In this document: piece after piece, positions 20,568-30,852 of the stretch
Numbering within the stretch: the stretch's first letter is position 1
How the letters are laid out: each line of letters starts with the position of its first letter
Source: an uncultured cyanobacterium
Lineage (GTDB): Bacteria; Cyanobacteriota; Cyanobacteriia; Cyanobacteriales; CAWCAG01
Assembly: GCA_963793425.1 (NCBI GenBank)
Contig: CAWCAG010000009.1
Coordinates: 96,001-160,000 of the forward strand
Direction of reading: 5' to 3'
DNA: 64,000 nt
Program-made: the position numbers and the translations under genes
Notes under the pieces: model-generated
Told to the model about the DNA's origin: nothing
Database searches by the model: none
Seen by the model: only the letters and a program-made list of their open reading frames with translations

Positions 20568-22481
20568 CTATAGTTTCGCGCCGCAATCAGGGCAGAATTT
20601 ATTGGTAGATGGATTTTTTACACCACAACTACCACAGTGAATTAATTCTGCTGCTTTTTCTAAGGGACTTTTTTCCGGCAATCCTACCATTTGAGCATTG
20701 TTTTTACCAGGGGGAATCATCGGGTAGCAGTTTTCGTCCCTGGTTACTTTGACATCCAGCAATACAGGGCCATCATGTGCCAGCATTGCTGCGATCGCCT
20801 CTTTTAAATGATCCCGTTCTTTTAATACCATACCTTTAACCCCAAAGGCTTTAGCAAGAAGTTCAAAGTCTGGCATTCCTGCTTGCATATTAGAAGAAGA
20901 ATAACGTTCACCAAAGAAATTTTGCTGCCATTGTCTCACCATACCTTGCCAGCCATTGTTGATAATCACTGTTTTAACGTTGATGCCATATTGAGCCAAA
21001 GTAGCCAATTCTTGCAAGTTCATTTGAAAGCTAGCATCACCACTAATACAAATCACTTCTTCTTCCGGCAAGGCAACTTTTGCTCCCATAGCAGCAGGTA
21101 AACCGTAACCCATTGTTCCTAAGCCAGCACTAGAAATCCAGCGTCTGGGGCCATTTTTGAGGAATTGGGCTGACCACATTTGATGTTGTCCAACATCAGT
21201 GGTGTAGTAAGCATCGGGGGCTTGAGTGGCAATTTCGACAATTACTTCTTGGGGAGACAAGCTATGACCACTGCGGGGTACAACTAAAGGGTAATCTCTA
21301 CGCCACCCCTCAATTTTATCTCGCCAGCCCTGAGTCCTTTCGGAGTTAGGAGAGATTTCTAACTCATCAACACGCTTGAGAATTTGTTGAAGGACTTTCC
21401 GCACATCACCAACAATCGGTACTTCCGGGGCGCGGTTTTTACCCACTTCCGCTGGATCAATATCAATATGAATTACTTTAGCCCTAGAAGCAAATTCATC
21501 TAACTTTCCTGTTACCCTGTCGTCAAATCTTGCGCCTACAGCGATTAACAGATCACATTCACTAACGGCAAAGTTAGCATAGGCTGTACCGTGCATCCCT
21601 AGCATACTCACGGCCAGGGGATTGTGTTCATCAAAGGCTCCCAAACCCATTAGAGTAGTGGTGACAGGTATTTGGAAATGTTCTGCTAACTGTTTCAATT
21701 CCCCATGGGCGCTAGCAGAAATTGCTCCTCCCCCGACATAAAGTAAAGGACGGTGAGAACGTTCAATTAATTTAATAGCTTGATTGATTTGCCGAGGATT
21801 ACCTTTAACCGTCGGGCGATAGCCAGATAACTTTACAGTACCTGGGTCTACAGGAACATAATTAAATTCTTCTAGCCCTACATCTTTAGGAACATCAATT
21901 AATACTGGTCCCGGACGACCTGTACTAGCAATATAAAAAGCTTCTGCGACTACCCTCGCCATATCTTGAGGGCGACGTACTACATAGGAATTTTTAACTA
22001 TAGGAAGAGTGATACCAAAAATATCAGTTTCTTGAAAAGCATCTGTACCAATTGCCCCAGTCGCTACTTGTCCTGTAACCACTACCATGGGGATAGAGTC
22101 CATATGGGCAGTAGCTATCCCTGTAACCAGGTTAGTTGCGCCGGGGCCAGAAGTAGCGAAACAAACCCCAACTTTGCCTGTGGCGCGGGCATAACCATCA
22201 GCAGCATGGGATGCTCCTTGTTCATGGCGAACTAAAATATGTTGGAGGTGGCCTTTTTCTTCTGCTCGATATAACTCATCATAAATAGGTAAAATGGCTC
22301 CACCGGGGTAGCCGAAAATGTGTTTGACCCCATGACGAACAAGGCTGTCAATTAAGGCAAATGAACCAGTTGCACGGCTAGGCGCAACTAAAGGAGGTTT
22401 AGCTTGGGAAATAGCAGTTAAAGAAACCACGGTGATACCTTTTCTGGTTAGATAATTGTTTATCTTAAATTTTGTTGCCAA
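20568..22481 (-). CDS. ilvB: Acetolactate synthase large subunit with C-terminal zinc ribbon (true start probably a GTG near 22430)
   Basis: [31 protein letters not shown]...NN TPP motif; C-terminal CxxC...CxxC. Confidence 0.95.
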   Translation of the reverse strand: MATKFKINNYLTRKGITVVSLTAISQAKPPLVAPSRATGSFALIDSLVRHGVKHIFGYPGGAILPIYDELYRAEEKGHLQHILVRHEQGASHAADGYARATGKVGVCFATSGPGATNLVTGIATAHMDSIPMVVVTGQVATGAIGTDAFQETDIFGITLPIVKNSYVVRRPQDMARVVAEAFYIASTGRPGPVLIDVPKDVGLEEFNYVPVDPGTVKLSGYRPTVKGNPRQINQAIKLIERSHRPLLYVGGGAISASAHGELKQLAEHFQIPVTTTLMGLGAFDEHNPLAVSMLGMHGTAYANFAVSECDLLIAVGARFDDRVTGKLDEFASRAKVIHIDIDPAEVGKNRAPEVPIVGDVRKVLQQILKRVDELEISPNSERTQGWRDKIEGWRRDYPLVVPRSGHSLSPQEVIVEIATQAPDAYYTTDVGQHQMWSAQFLKNGPRRWISSAGLGTMGYGLPAAMGAKVALPEEEVICISGDASFQMNLQELATLAQYGINVKTVIINNGWQGMVRQWQQNFFGERYSSSNMQAGMPDFELLAKAFGVKGMVLKERDHLKEAIAAMLAHDGPVLLDVKVTRDENCYPMIPPGKNNAQMVGLPEKSPLEKAAELIHCGSCGVKNPSTNKFCPDCGAKL

Positions 22482-22660
22482 ATATGCAACCTATGGGTCA
22501 AAAATTTGATATTAATTAATGTTTTGATTTTAGGCGACTAGATGTAGAGATGTAAACTCTGCGGTCAATTTGTAATTGACCAGATTACTAGCCAAGGTCT
22601 TAGAACTAAAACATCTAGCTAAAAATAAGGTTTTTCCTCTATCTCCGGGATGATTTGTTT

Positions 22661-23320
22661 TTAAGCGCTTTTTAAGCTTTGTTGTTCTTTCTTTTCTAAA
22701 GGAGGACGTAAACACAAATAAGCTAAAGCCCCGATTAGAGGGAGTAAGCTAACAGCCCAAAAAATCCAGTTACTCTCAATACCACGTCTAGCTAAATCAT
22801 CCTTCAAAAGAGCAGGCAACACCAAACCAAGTAAACAAAAATCTAAACTCATGACGTTGATGAAACGACTGGTTTGCCACTGTTGCAGAAAATCTGACCA
22901 ATCACCTTGAGATAAACCATATATTAGCAAGGTTGCTGCTGCTAAAGTTAAGCCTAATCCTAACCAACGGGAATCTTGTAGTTGTAAAAACCAGTTTTTC
23001 TCTCCCGGAAATTGAGGATTTGCTTGACGCAATGCCAAGTAGGGCAGTATTGCAAATGCACCTACCCCAAAGGAAGCGGTTACAAAAGGCCAAGCAGGTA
23101 TTTTTTGTCCCCTACCATCAATAAATAATATACAACCATAAATCAGGGGCCAAATACCCATGAGGTTAAATAAAGCAATAATCAAAGGATTAATTCGGTC
23201 CCATTCTCCTGTAGAAAGTTTAGTAATTAATTCAAAGGTATCTGCTTGTTGAGGAGGGGCAAAAATAAAGGCATAGATCACAAATCCTAGCCAAAGTAGT
23301 CCGAAGCCAATTTTTTTCAT
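22661..23320 (-). CDS. Conserved multi-pass membrane protein (DUF2834-like)
   Basis: Several TM helices; FNLMGIWP, PYLALR, FINVMSLDF; start taken at MKKIGF rather than the upstream GTG. Confidence 0.7.
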   Translation of the reverse strand: MKKIGFGLLWLGFVIYAFIFAPPQQADTFELITKLSTGEWDRINPLIIALFNLMGIWPLIYGCILFIDGRGQKIPAWPFVTASFGVGAFAILPYLALRQANPQFPGEKNWFLQLQDSRWLGLGLTLAAATLLIYGLSQGDWSDFLQQWQTSRFINVMSLDFCLLGLVLPALLKDDLARRGIESNWIFWAVSLLPLIGALAYLCLRPPLEKKEQQSLKSA

Positions 23321-23462
23321 AGGAAGCAGCGCTAAGTAATGAGCAATGAGTTTAAGCTGTGGAAGAAATAACCACTTCTTCACATTGAGAATTATTTTAT
23401 CGGGGTTTTGGTTTGTGTTGTTTTAAGGATATTGAAAAGAAATCTACATTCAATCATGTTTT

Positions 23463-23546
23463 CTATAATCTTGACCAATCATCTTCCAAAGTCGCAACTC
23501 GCACTTCGAGATGTTGAGAACGATTATCCAGTTGCTGGGAAGTCAT
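23463..23546 (-). pseudogene. Probable N-terminal remnant of a small coiled-coil protein gene
   Basis: MTSQQLDNRSQHLEVRVATLEDDWSRL*; resembles LExRVAxLE starts of small cyanobacterial proteins but stops after 27 aa. Confidence 0.3.
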
Positions 23547-23588
23547 AAAAGCTTAGTAGGTGAATGTTGTAGTCACATTTTAGCAACC

Positions 23589-23915
23589 TTAAGCAAGTTC
23601 AATACTTTTTGCTACTTTCTTTTCTAGAAGTTCAACCAATTCTGGCTGCATATATTTATATTTATCTGCAATACCCAAAACTACGATTCTTTTGTCCTTC
23701 AACAATGTATTGAAACGTTTAGTTATTTTTTCTTTGTGAGTATTTTCCATGACAAAAACTACATCTGCCCATTCAATTAAATCACCACTAATTGGTGTTT
23801 CCGAATCGCTGTTTGTGCCAGCACTTATTGATTCAATTCCTTCATAATTAGAAAAAACTTCTTCTGCTGTGGGACTTCGCCATCTATTTTTGCTACAGAT
23901 AAAGAGTAATTTCAT
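23589..23915 (-). CDS. Low-molecular-weight protein tyrosine phosphatase-like protein
   Basis: P-loop LFICSKNRWRSPTAE (CX5RS), SAGT, WADVVFVME. Confidence 0.88.
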   Translation of the reverse strand: MKLLFICSKNRWRSPTAEEVFSNYEGIESISAGTNSDSETPISGDLIEWADVVFVMENTHKEKITKRFNTLLKDKRIVVLGIADKYKYMQPELVELLEKKVAKSIELA

Positions 23916-23992
23916 TTCTACTTTACTTTGAAATTTAAGTAATTGATGAAATTAAAAGACTGCGATCGCTTGCTTTGAAAGTTTACAAATGT

Positions 23993-24053
23993 GGTGCGTT
24001 CCCAGAAATTTATCGGTGGATGACTAGGAGTTAGATTGGGGAACACACCCTAC
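23993..24053 (-). repeat. GTAG-type REP-like palindrome
   Basis: Minus strand GTAGGGTGTGTTCCC...GGGAACGCACC. Confidence 0.6.
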
Positions 24054-24081
24054 AAGATATGTGATCGCACTATAAAATAAA

Positions 24082-25431
24082 TCAATCATCGCTTTTTTTG
24101 TTGACAATAGGTACAGAAATTCTATCTCTTGCTACACAAACATTATCTTTGATGATATAGCACTCTACAAAATGCTCACCCTTGAAATCAGATGTTTCCT
24201 TAATAGACGCACGTCCATCAAAAATTGTCCCCCTAATACAATTTCTTCTAAATGCCTCATCTCCAACATTACAGACTTTCCATTTTATGGAAAATGGTTC
24301 TGGGCAAGTATTTTTATTAATTGAGAATCGTAGTTTTTTATTGGTTAATAGAGGTAGCTTCAATCGCAGCATATCTCTTAATAATCGGGGCATAAAACCA
24401 TCTTGAGTAACCTTGCAATCAATCCTTAGCTCATATTTATCAAGAATAGAATGTCTATTTTCGATAAATTCTTCTGTTTCCTCATAGGCAATACTATCTT
24501 GATGGGCAGCTAGATTGATTGAGGCTGTAATATCATCAGAATTGCTAAGTAAGAAACGTTTTTTCCCAAAATGACGTTGCCAATACTCACAAGCTTTTGG
24601 TGGCCGAGTATTCTCATTTATCGCTTTCTCAGCAGAATTTATCAACCCTGTTAGTCGATCCAGAAGATAATTTTTATTTGTTTTACCGTAATTATCTAAA
24701 AGGTTTTCACCACGAGGAGTTGTAGGTCTGTAGCAAGCAAAACCCCGATAAAGGACTGAGTGTATGTTTTTGAGAGTTTCATACAGCGCGATGTCATCTC
24801 TATTGTCAAATACTGCATATTGAGCAGCCAGTATGCTAAACACCAAGCCACATGGAAGCTCTTTTTTCCTATAGTCCTTCCATGCTTTCAAGTATCTAAC
24901 AAGACGTTTGAGCTGTCCATTAGAATCAGCTTTATCGTTAAACCAGTCAATGAATTCTCTTGGATCACTCTCGATCCAACCCTTTGTTTTATGAGCAAGA
25001 TAAGGCGAGTCAGATTTCTTTGTGTAATAAAGTGGTAGATCAATATGATATTGACCTGTATAGATTAAGCGAACACATGGATTTTTGTCTATTGGTGTTT
25101 CTTTCGTCTGCCCATCTACAGCATTGTAGATCCAACGATGGAAGGTGCTAACAGATTCACTAGGCTCACTATCAACTTGTAAATATATTCCATCATCAAT
25201 ATCAAACTCACCATCTAGAGGCTCAATAATTGCATTCATCATAAATGAGCCTTGACCATGAAACTTTGGGGTATAACCTTTCTTTTCTTCCCGAAAGTAT
25301 CTGCGAATCCTATCTCTTACAGCATTGCGTGATGTTCGAAGAGTTTTTTTGTGAGATGAACTCAAGGCTATAGTATTGTTGAAATCTAGAAAAGATTGGT
25401 GTAAATCAGCCATATTTCTTAAGTCTGTCAC
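24082..25431 (-). CDS. CBASS cGAS/DncV-like nucleotidyltransferase (CD-NTase) with C-terminal AGS-C domain (alternative ATG at 25413)
   Basis: QGSF...EFDIDDGIY active-site motif, KNPCVRL..YHIDLPLY, SDPREF, LVRYLKAWKD; C-terminal WKVCNVGDEA...RGTI...ETSDFKGEHFVECYIIKD. Confidence 0.9.
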   Translation of the reverse strand: MTDLRNMADLHQSFLDFNNTIALSSSHKKTLRTSRNAVRDRIRRYFREEKKGYTPKFHGQGSFMMNAIIEPLDGEFDIDDGIYLQVDSEPSESVSTFHRWIYNAVDGQTKETPIDKNPCVRLIYTGQYHIDLPLYYTKKSDSPYLAHKTKGWIESDPREFIDWFNDKADSNGQLKRLVRYLKAWKDYRKKELPCGLVFSILAAQYAVFDNRDDIALYETLKNIHSVLYRGFACYRPTTPRGENLLDNYGKTNKNYLLDRLTGLINSAEKAINENTRPPKACEYWQRHFGKKRFLLSNSDDITASINLAAHQDSIAYEETEEFIENRHSILDKYELRIDCKVTQDGFMPRLLRDMLRLKLPLLTNKKLRFSINKNTCPEPFSIKWKVCNVGDEAFRRNCIRGTIFDGRASIKETSDFKGEHFVECYIIKDNVCVARDRISVPIVNKKSDD

Positions 25432-26465
25432 CTTAAAATATAATGCTTCTTTTCTTGGAAAAAGCTAGTTACTTCACTCTTAACTCCCCAAATATCTCCT
25501 TGGTCGCTTCCTTTTTGAGATAAGAGGTTAAGTGCTTCATCAGAGGCGTTATCCATACTAATTATTGACCACTGTTCAGTTGATAGAATAGCGCTAGGTA
25601 TGCGTACATAATCAAATGGGGTATTAGTATGTGAAGATAGAGTTTGAATAAAATACTCTGTAGAGTATGCTTGACCTTCTGAAAAAACAGAAAATATATC
25701 TTTATTCCAATCAACAAATGAACGATTTTGCTTCTTTATGGTCAATCTCCCAGGAGACGATTCGAGAGAAGCAATGGACAATACCTTAAGGTTTTGAAAC
25801 TGCTTATCCTGGCCAACAAAGTACCTGAGAGCCTCAACAACTCCAATTAGGGTAGGATTATTCGCGTAGACACCTCCATCAATGAACTGTCTATTTCTAT
25901 AATTTGAAATTGAAACTATGGGTAAGTAGGTTGGGGCAGCACTTGTTGCTAAAGCTACATCTACATACTTTGTCCTGTTATCTCTTTTAAGATTTCCTTC
26001 TTTATGGTCAAACTTGAAGATAAATGGTCTGCCATCATTGAGTGAAAATGTAGGAATACATAGAAGAGAGTATGATTCTTCTATAAAAGAATCATTAAAA
26101 ACTTTGTTGAGTTCTTTCTTTAGCGCTTCATTTGAGTGTTTACCATTCCAGAAAGTCTGCTTTAGAAAAGCAATAGCTTTTCTTTGTTTAGGAAAGATTG
26201 CGGCTCCACACTCTTGATATAGGTTGCTTATAAGACGCACTGGTAACTTCAAGGAGATTGCCAGTGCGATAAGACCACCTGTGGAAGTTCCACAAATGAG
26301 ATCAAAGTAATCAACTATGGGGCAATCAAATCTTTTCTCAAAGTTCTCTAAAATCCGTGAAGAGTAGAGTCCTTTAATACCACCTCCATCAATAGACAAA
26401 ACTTTGAAGGTTTTAGACTCTGACTCAGAGCAAGCGGTAGATGACCGATCTTTATTATTGTTCAT
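25428..26465 (-). CDS. CBASS patatin-like phospholipase effector (CapV/CapE-like)
   Basis: LSIDGGGIKG, GTSTG nucleophile motif, SAAPTY, DGGVYANNP; its TGA overlaps the GTG of the CD-NTase. Confidence 0.9.
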   Translation of the reverse strand: MNNNKDRSSTACSESESKTFKVLSIDGGGIKGLYSSRILENFEKRFDCPIVDYFDLICGTSTGGLIALAISLKLPVRLISNLYQECGAAIFPKQRKAIAFLKQTFWNGKHSNEALKKELNKVFNDSFIEESYSLLCIPTFSLNDGRPFIFKFDHKEGNLKRDNRTKYVDVALATSAAPTYLPIVSISNYRNRQFIDGGVYANNPTLIGVVEALRYFVGQDKQFQNLKVLSIASLESSPGRLTIKKQNRSFVDWNKDIFSVFSEGQAYSTEYFIQTLSSHTNTPFDYVRIPSAILSTEQWSIISMDNASDEALNLLSQKGSDQGDIWGVKSEVTSFFQEKKHYILR

Positions 26466-26753
26466 CGAGCATCATAGAACAGTATGACTAAAAATTGGAA
26501 CACTCAAGTGCTGTATTTAGTACTCCGACGATTCTAACTAATTTTTGTGGTCTTGCCCTATATGGGGAGGGTGGATAACCGCAAAAGTATCTGGTATAAA
26601 AACCTTCAGCCAAACCTCATCTCACAGGATTATGTTGTCTCAGATCACATAAATATTCTTCTTCTAAGCTGAACATAGAAGAAGTAATTTTTTTTATAAT
26701 AGACTCACAGCCAGTTAGTAGTTTTTTAAGGAAAAGCAAAGACCGGAGCCTAT

Positions 26754-27620
26754 ATGTTTCTCTCCACTAATTTATTCATTGACAACCTAATCCAACAATT
26801 GCTCGTAGGTTATCGCCGTACCTATGGTGGTTGGAAATCTGAGTATGGAGAGATTTTGGCTTGGGCTGCTGGTATGGCTTTGGAAAACATTGCCAACAGT
26901 GATGCCCTCTATCATAATGTCGAACATACTGTTTTTGTTACCCTGGTAGGACAAGAAATTCTGCGCGGTAAGCATATTAAAGAAGGTGGAGTAACTAACG
27001 AGGATTGGTTGCATTTCCTCATCTCCTTACAGTGCCACGATATTGGTTATGTCAGAGGAGTTTGTAGCACTGACCAGCCCAAGGAAAGGTTATATGCTAC
27101 TGGGGTAGGAGATATGAAAGTTTCTGTCCCCCCAGGTTCAACAGATGCAAGTATGGCTCCCTATCATGTAGATCGTGGTAAGCTTTTTGTCCAAGAGCGT
27201 TTTGGACATCATAATCTCATCGATTCCGAAACTCTCAAAAACAATATTGAACTAACTCGTTTCCCTGTTCCTAACGACGATGACCATAATAGTACCAGCA
27301 GTTTCCCTGGGTTAGTCAGGGCGGCAGATTTAATTGGACAATTAAGTGATCCCCGCTACTTACAAAAGATTCCTGCTTTGTATTACGAATTTGAAGAAAT
27401 TGGTACAAACAAAGCGTTAAACTACCGTAACCCCGGAGATTTGCGTTCCAATTATCCTAGTTTTTATTGGCAAGCGGTTTATCCCTATCTGCCCACTGCT
27501 TTAGCTTTCTTAGATTTAACTCAATCTGGTAAACAAATTACTGCTAATCTCTATGCGAATGTCTTTATGATTGAGCATGAGAAAGAAAGAAAGCGTCTTG
27601 CTGGTGTGGTTGCAGCTTAG
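26754..27620 (+). CDS. HD-domain metal-dependent phosphohydrolase (Npun_R2479-like family)
   Basis: SDALYHNVEHT, CHDIGY, PYHVDR, RAADLIGQLSDPRY. Confidence 0.85.
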   Translation: MFLSTNLFIDNLIQQLLVGYRRTYGGWKSEYGEILAWAAGMALENIANSDALYHNVEHTVFVTLVGQEILRGKHIKEGGVTNEDWLHFLISLQCHDIGYVRGVCSTDQPKERLYATGVGDMKVSVPPGSTDASMAPYHVDRGKLFVQERFGHHNLIDSETLKNNIELTRFPVPNDDDHNSTSSFPGLVRAADLIGQLSDPRYLQKIPALYYEFEEIGTNKALNYRNPGDLRSNYPSFYWQAVYPYLPTALAFLDLTQSGKQITANLYANVFMIEHEKERKRLAGVVAA

Positions 27621-27762
27621 TCTGAGCAAAAGTTTATTGGCATGAGCCTTCTCGTCACAATAATTCACTCATTAATTCAAGCAATTAGTATCAAGTTTTA
27701 TGAAAAGAACTTGACTTAAAAGCTACTATATTTATCTGTAGCTTGAGCATAAGTGAATTTCT

Positions 27763-29127
27763 ATGACAAACAATGCAGATAAACAGACTGTTCATAAAGT
27801 TGTTGTTGTTGGTGGTGGTTTTGGAGGACTTTATGCCGCCAAAGCCTTGGGCAACACTGCCAATGTGGAAGTAACCTTAATTGATAAACGGAACTTCCAT
27901 CTTTTTCAGCCTTTACTTTACCAAGTAGCCACAGGTTCCCTTTCTCCAGCAGATATCTCCTCCCCCCTCAGACATGTACTTAGTGATAAAAAAAATACTA
28001 AAGTACTCTTAGATGAAGTCATAGACGTTGATCCTGTTAACCAAATTGTTACTTGCAAAGGGCAAGAACTAAGTTACGATACCTTAGTTGCTGCAACAGG
28101 AGTTAGCCATCATTATTTTGGTAATGAACATTGGCAAGAAACTGCCCCTGGGTTGAAAACTGTGGAAGATGCCCTTTTAATGCGTCGCCGTATTTTTATG
28201 GCTTTTGAGGCAGCAGAAAAAGAAACTGACCCAGAAAAGCGTCGGGCTTGGTTAAACTTCGTGGTAGTAGGAGGTGGCCCCACAGGAGTAGAATTAGCAG
28301 GAGCGATCGCAGAATTAGCTAACTCTACCCTCAAAAAAGATTTCCGTACTATAGATACAACAGAAGCAAGTGTCATTCTCTTAGAAGGGATGGATCGGGT
28401 TTTACCCCCCTATGATCCAGACTTGTCAGCCAAAGCAGAAATAGCCCTTAAAAAGTTGGGAGTGACAGTGAGAACAAATAGTTTAGTCACCCAAATTGAA
28501 GGTAACACCGTTACAGTACGCCAAACCAAAATTAATCAAGTAGAAAAAATTACCTCCCAAACCGTACTTTGGGCTGCTGGGGTGAAAGCTTCAGCTATGG
28601 GCAAAACCTTGGCACACCGAACCGGAGTAGAATTAGATCGGGCGGGTAGAGTGATGGTGAAGCCAGATTTGAGTATCGAAAACTATCCGAACATTTTTGT
28701 GATTGGGGATTTAGCTAACTTCGCCCATCAAGGAGAAAGACCTTTACCAGGAATTGCCCCCGTAGCAATGCAGGAAGGAGACTATATTGCTTCTTTAATT
28801 AAGCGTCAACTTAAAGGGGAAACCTTACCAGCCTTTCAATATATTGATCGTGGCAACTTAGCGGTTATTGGTGAAAATGCTGCGGTGGTAGATTTAGGCT
28901 TCGTTAAGTTTTCCGGCTTCCTCGCTTGGCTAACCTGGGTATTCGTCCACATTTACTACCTCATCGAATTTGATAACAAATTAGTGGTTATGGTGCAATG
29001 GGCATGGAACTATTTAACCCGTGGTAGAGGGGCGCGTTTGATTACGGGAGACGATTCTTTAGGACAACCCCAGATTAATTTAGAGGGGGATAGTTATCTG
29101 CCTCAACCTAGGGAAGCAAAGGTGTGA
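27763..29127 (+). CDS. Type II NADH dehydrogenase (NDH-2)
   Basis: VVVGGGFGG, FQPLLYQVATG, VVGGGPTGVELAG, WAAGV, IGD, APVAMQEG. Confidence 0.93.
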   Translation: MTNNADKQTVHKVVVVGGGFGGLYAAKALGNTANVEVTLIDKRNFHLFQPLLYQVATGSLSPADISSPLRHVLSDKKNTKVLLDEVIDVDPVNQIVTCKGQELSYDTLVAATGVSHHYFGNEHWQETAPGLKTVEDALLMRRRIFMAFEAAEKETDPEKRRAWLNFVVVGGGPTGVELAGAIAELANSTLKKDFRTIDTTEASVILLEGMDRVLPPYDPDLSAKAEIALKKLGVTVRTNSLVTQIEGNTVTVRQTKINQVEKITSQTVLWAAGVKASAMGKTLAHRTGVELDRAGRVMVKPDLSIENYPNIFVIGDLANFAHQGERPLPGIAPVAMQEGDYIASLIKRQLKGETLPAFQYIDRGNLAVIGENAAVVDLGFVKFSGFLAWLTWVFVHIYYLIEFDNKLVVMVQWAWNYLTRGRGARLITGDDSLGQPQINLEGDSYLPQPREAKV

Positions 29128-29285
29128 TACTAAATCCTGCCCTTGTTGCATGATTTATCTGTTGGGGTAGGGGGGTAGGGAGTAGGGTTTGCGAACTTCT
29201 CTCCCTTACCCTTTACTCGTCAATTAAAAGTTGACAGAGTACAAGAGAAGAGATTTTCAACCACTATCCCCTAAATCCCTTATTT

Positions 29286-29294
29286 TGCTATAAT
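29286..29294 (+). promoter_or_regulatory. Extended -10 promoter of tRNA-Cys
   Basis: TGCTATAAT 20 nt upstream of the tRNA 5' end. Confidence 0.6.
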
Positions 29295-29313
29295 TAAAAG
29301 CTGTTAGTAACAG

Positions 29314-29384
29314 GGCGGCATAGCCAAGCGGTAAGGCCGAGGATTGCAAATCCTTTATCCCCAGTTCAAATCTGGGTGCCGCCT
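29314..29384 (+). tRNA. trnC: tRNA-Cys (GCA), CCA not encoded
   Basis: Acceptor stem GGCGGCA/TGCCGCC, anticodon arm AGGA-TTGCAAA-TCCT region, T-loop GTTCAAATC, discriminator U. Confidence 0.97.
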
Positions 29385-29404
29385 TTAGGGAATTACGGTT
29401 TGAC

Positions 29405-29424
29405 AGCCTAACGATGATTAGGCT
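29405..29424. terminator. Hairpin between tRNA-Cys and convergent purM
   Basis: AGCCTAA-N6-TTAGGCT. Confidence 0.45.
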
Positions 29425-29499
29425 ACTTATTAGAGAATTTGATATTCTGGCGGGTATTTTATTTCTGTGCCAGTCCCTTATTCAATAAATTAGATTTTT

Positions 29500-30519
29500 T
29501 CAAATCAACACCTCACCTTTGCCAGAAACTACTTTGCCAATTTGATTGGCTTTTATATTCTGGGAATTAAACCAATCAACAGTAGACTTGGCTTCTGGTT
29601 GAGGAACAATTAAGACAAAACCAATACCCATATTGAAAGTATTAAACATATCAGCAGGACTCACTTGTCCGGTTTCTGCTAGCCAATCAAAAATAGGTAG
29701 AACTTTCCAACTATCCACATCAAGCTGTACAGATTGACCCTCATTTAAACAGCGAGGTAAGTTTTCTGGTAAACCGCCTCCGGTTATGTGAGCCATGCCG
29801 CGAATATTCATACCTGCTTTCAGGGCTGCAACTAACGGCTTGACGTAGATTTGAGTTGGCTTCAGCAGCACTTCTCCTAAACTTTTCCCTCCTAATTCTT
29901 GGGGACAAACATCCCACGTCAAACCTTTTGTTGCCACAATTTTTCTCACTAAACTGAAGCCATTACTATGAACTCCTTGGCTAGCCAAACCAATAACAAC
30001 ATCTCCTCGTTCAATTTGGTCACCCGTTAGAAGTTCTTCTTTTTCCACAATTCCGACACAAAAGCCTGCTAAATCATATTCTCCTAATTGATAAAAACCA
30101 GGCATCTCTGCGGTTTCCCCACCCAACAAAGCACAACCACTTTGTCGGCAACCTTGGGCAATACCCGCCACCACCTCAGTTAACTGTTTTGGTTCCAGCT
30201 TTCCTGTAGCAACATAGTCCAAGAAAAATAACGGCTCTGCCCCAGAAGTTAAAATATCGTTGACACACATAGCTACAAGGTCTATACCTACCGTGTCATG
30301 GCGATTAAGCTCGTGAGCTAATTTCAGCTTTGTTCCGACACCATCTGTTCCTGAAACTAGGACGGGTTGTTTATAGCCTGGGGGAATTTCAAAGCAACCG
30401 CCGAATCCTCCTAATCCCCCCAAAACTCCCTGTCTATAAGTACTTTCAACCAAGCTTTTGATTTGTCCCACAAAAGCTCGCCCTGCTTCAATATCTACAC
30501 CTGCTTGAAGATAATCCAT
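29500..30519 (-). CDS. purM: Phosphoribosylformylglycinamidine cyclo-ligase
   Basis: [43 protein letters not shown]. Confidence 0.97.
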   Translation of the reverse strand: MDYLQAGVDIEAGRAFVGQIKSLVESTYRQGVLGGLGGFGGCFEIPPGYKQPVLVSGTDGVGTKLKLAHELNRHDTVGIDLVAMCVNDILTSGAEPLFFLDYVATGKLEPKQLTEVVAGIAQGCRQSGCALLGGETAEMPGFYQLGEYDLAGFCVGIVEKEELLTGDQIERGDVVIGLASQGVHSNGFSLVRKIVATKGLTWDVCPQELGGKSLGEVLLKPTQIYVKPLVAALKAGMNIRGMAHITGGGLPENLPRCLNEGQSVQLDVDSWKVLPIFDWLAETGQVSPADMFNTFNMGIGFVLIVPQPEAKSTVDWFNSQNIKANQIGKVVSGKGEVLI

Positions 30520-30852
30520 GTTCCTTGTTGAGATCAGTTAGGGAACAATTATATGAGTTGTGGGTGAGAGATTATGATTCCTAATCATTAAATTGCCAAG
30601 TTCCAACAGTTAAATTTATCTTTGTGGGGCAATCTTATTAGATTTAGTTAATTTCTTAATGAAGAAAAGTAAAGTTTTGAAGTCTGTAATCTCCCATCAT
30701 AGCTTTATTTCATCTTCATTTACCTCATTTCCAGTAAGTATTAATTCGTAGATTTAGCTGATTCCGAAATAAAAAACTTCGTGTTAGTCTGTTCCAGGTT
30801 GAACAAGTACAAATTAACAAAGTAGTTTTCGAACCCATTTACTGAGGGGAAT

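Noticed and set aside
24082..26465. Absence of HIP1 inside the CBASS genes as proof of foreign origin
   Set aside because: At the local density only about one site is expected in 2.4 kb, so the absence is not informative.
29161..29241. GGGGTAG repeats and a palindrome after ndh-2 as a regulatory RNA
   Set aside because: Short G-rich tandem repeats with a partly complementary arm are most simply a terminator or STRR-type repeat.
29314..29384. tRNA-Cys as the integration site for the CBASS island
   Set aside because: No integrase and no duplicated tRNA 3' end were seen, and two ordinary genes lie between the tRNA and CBASS.
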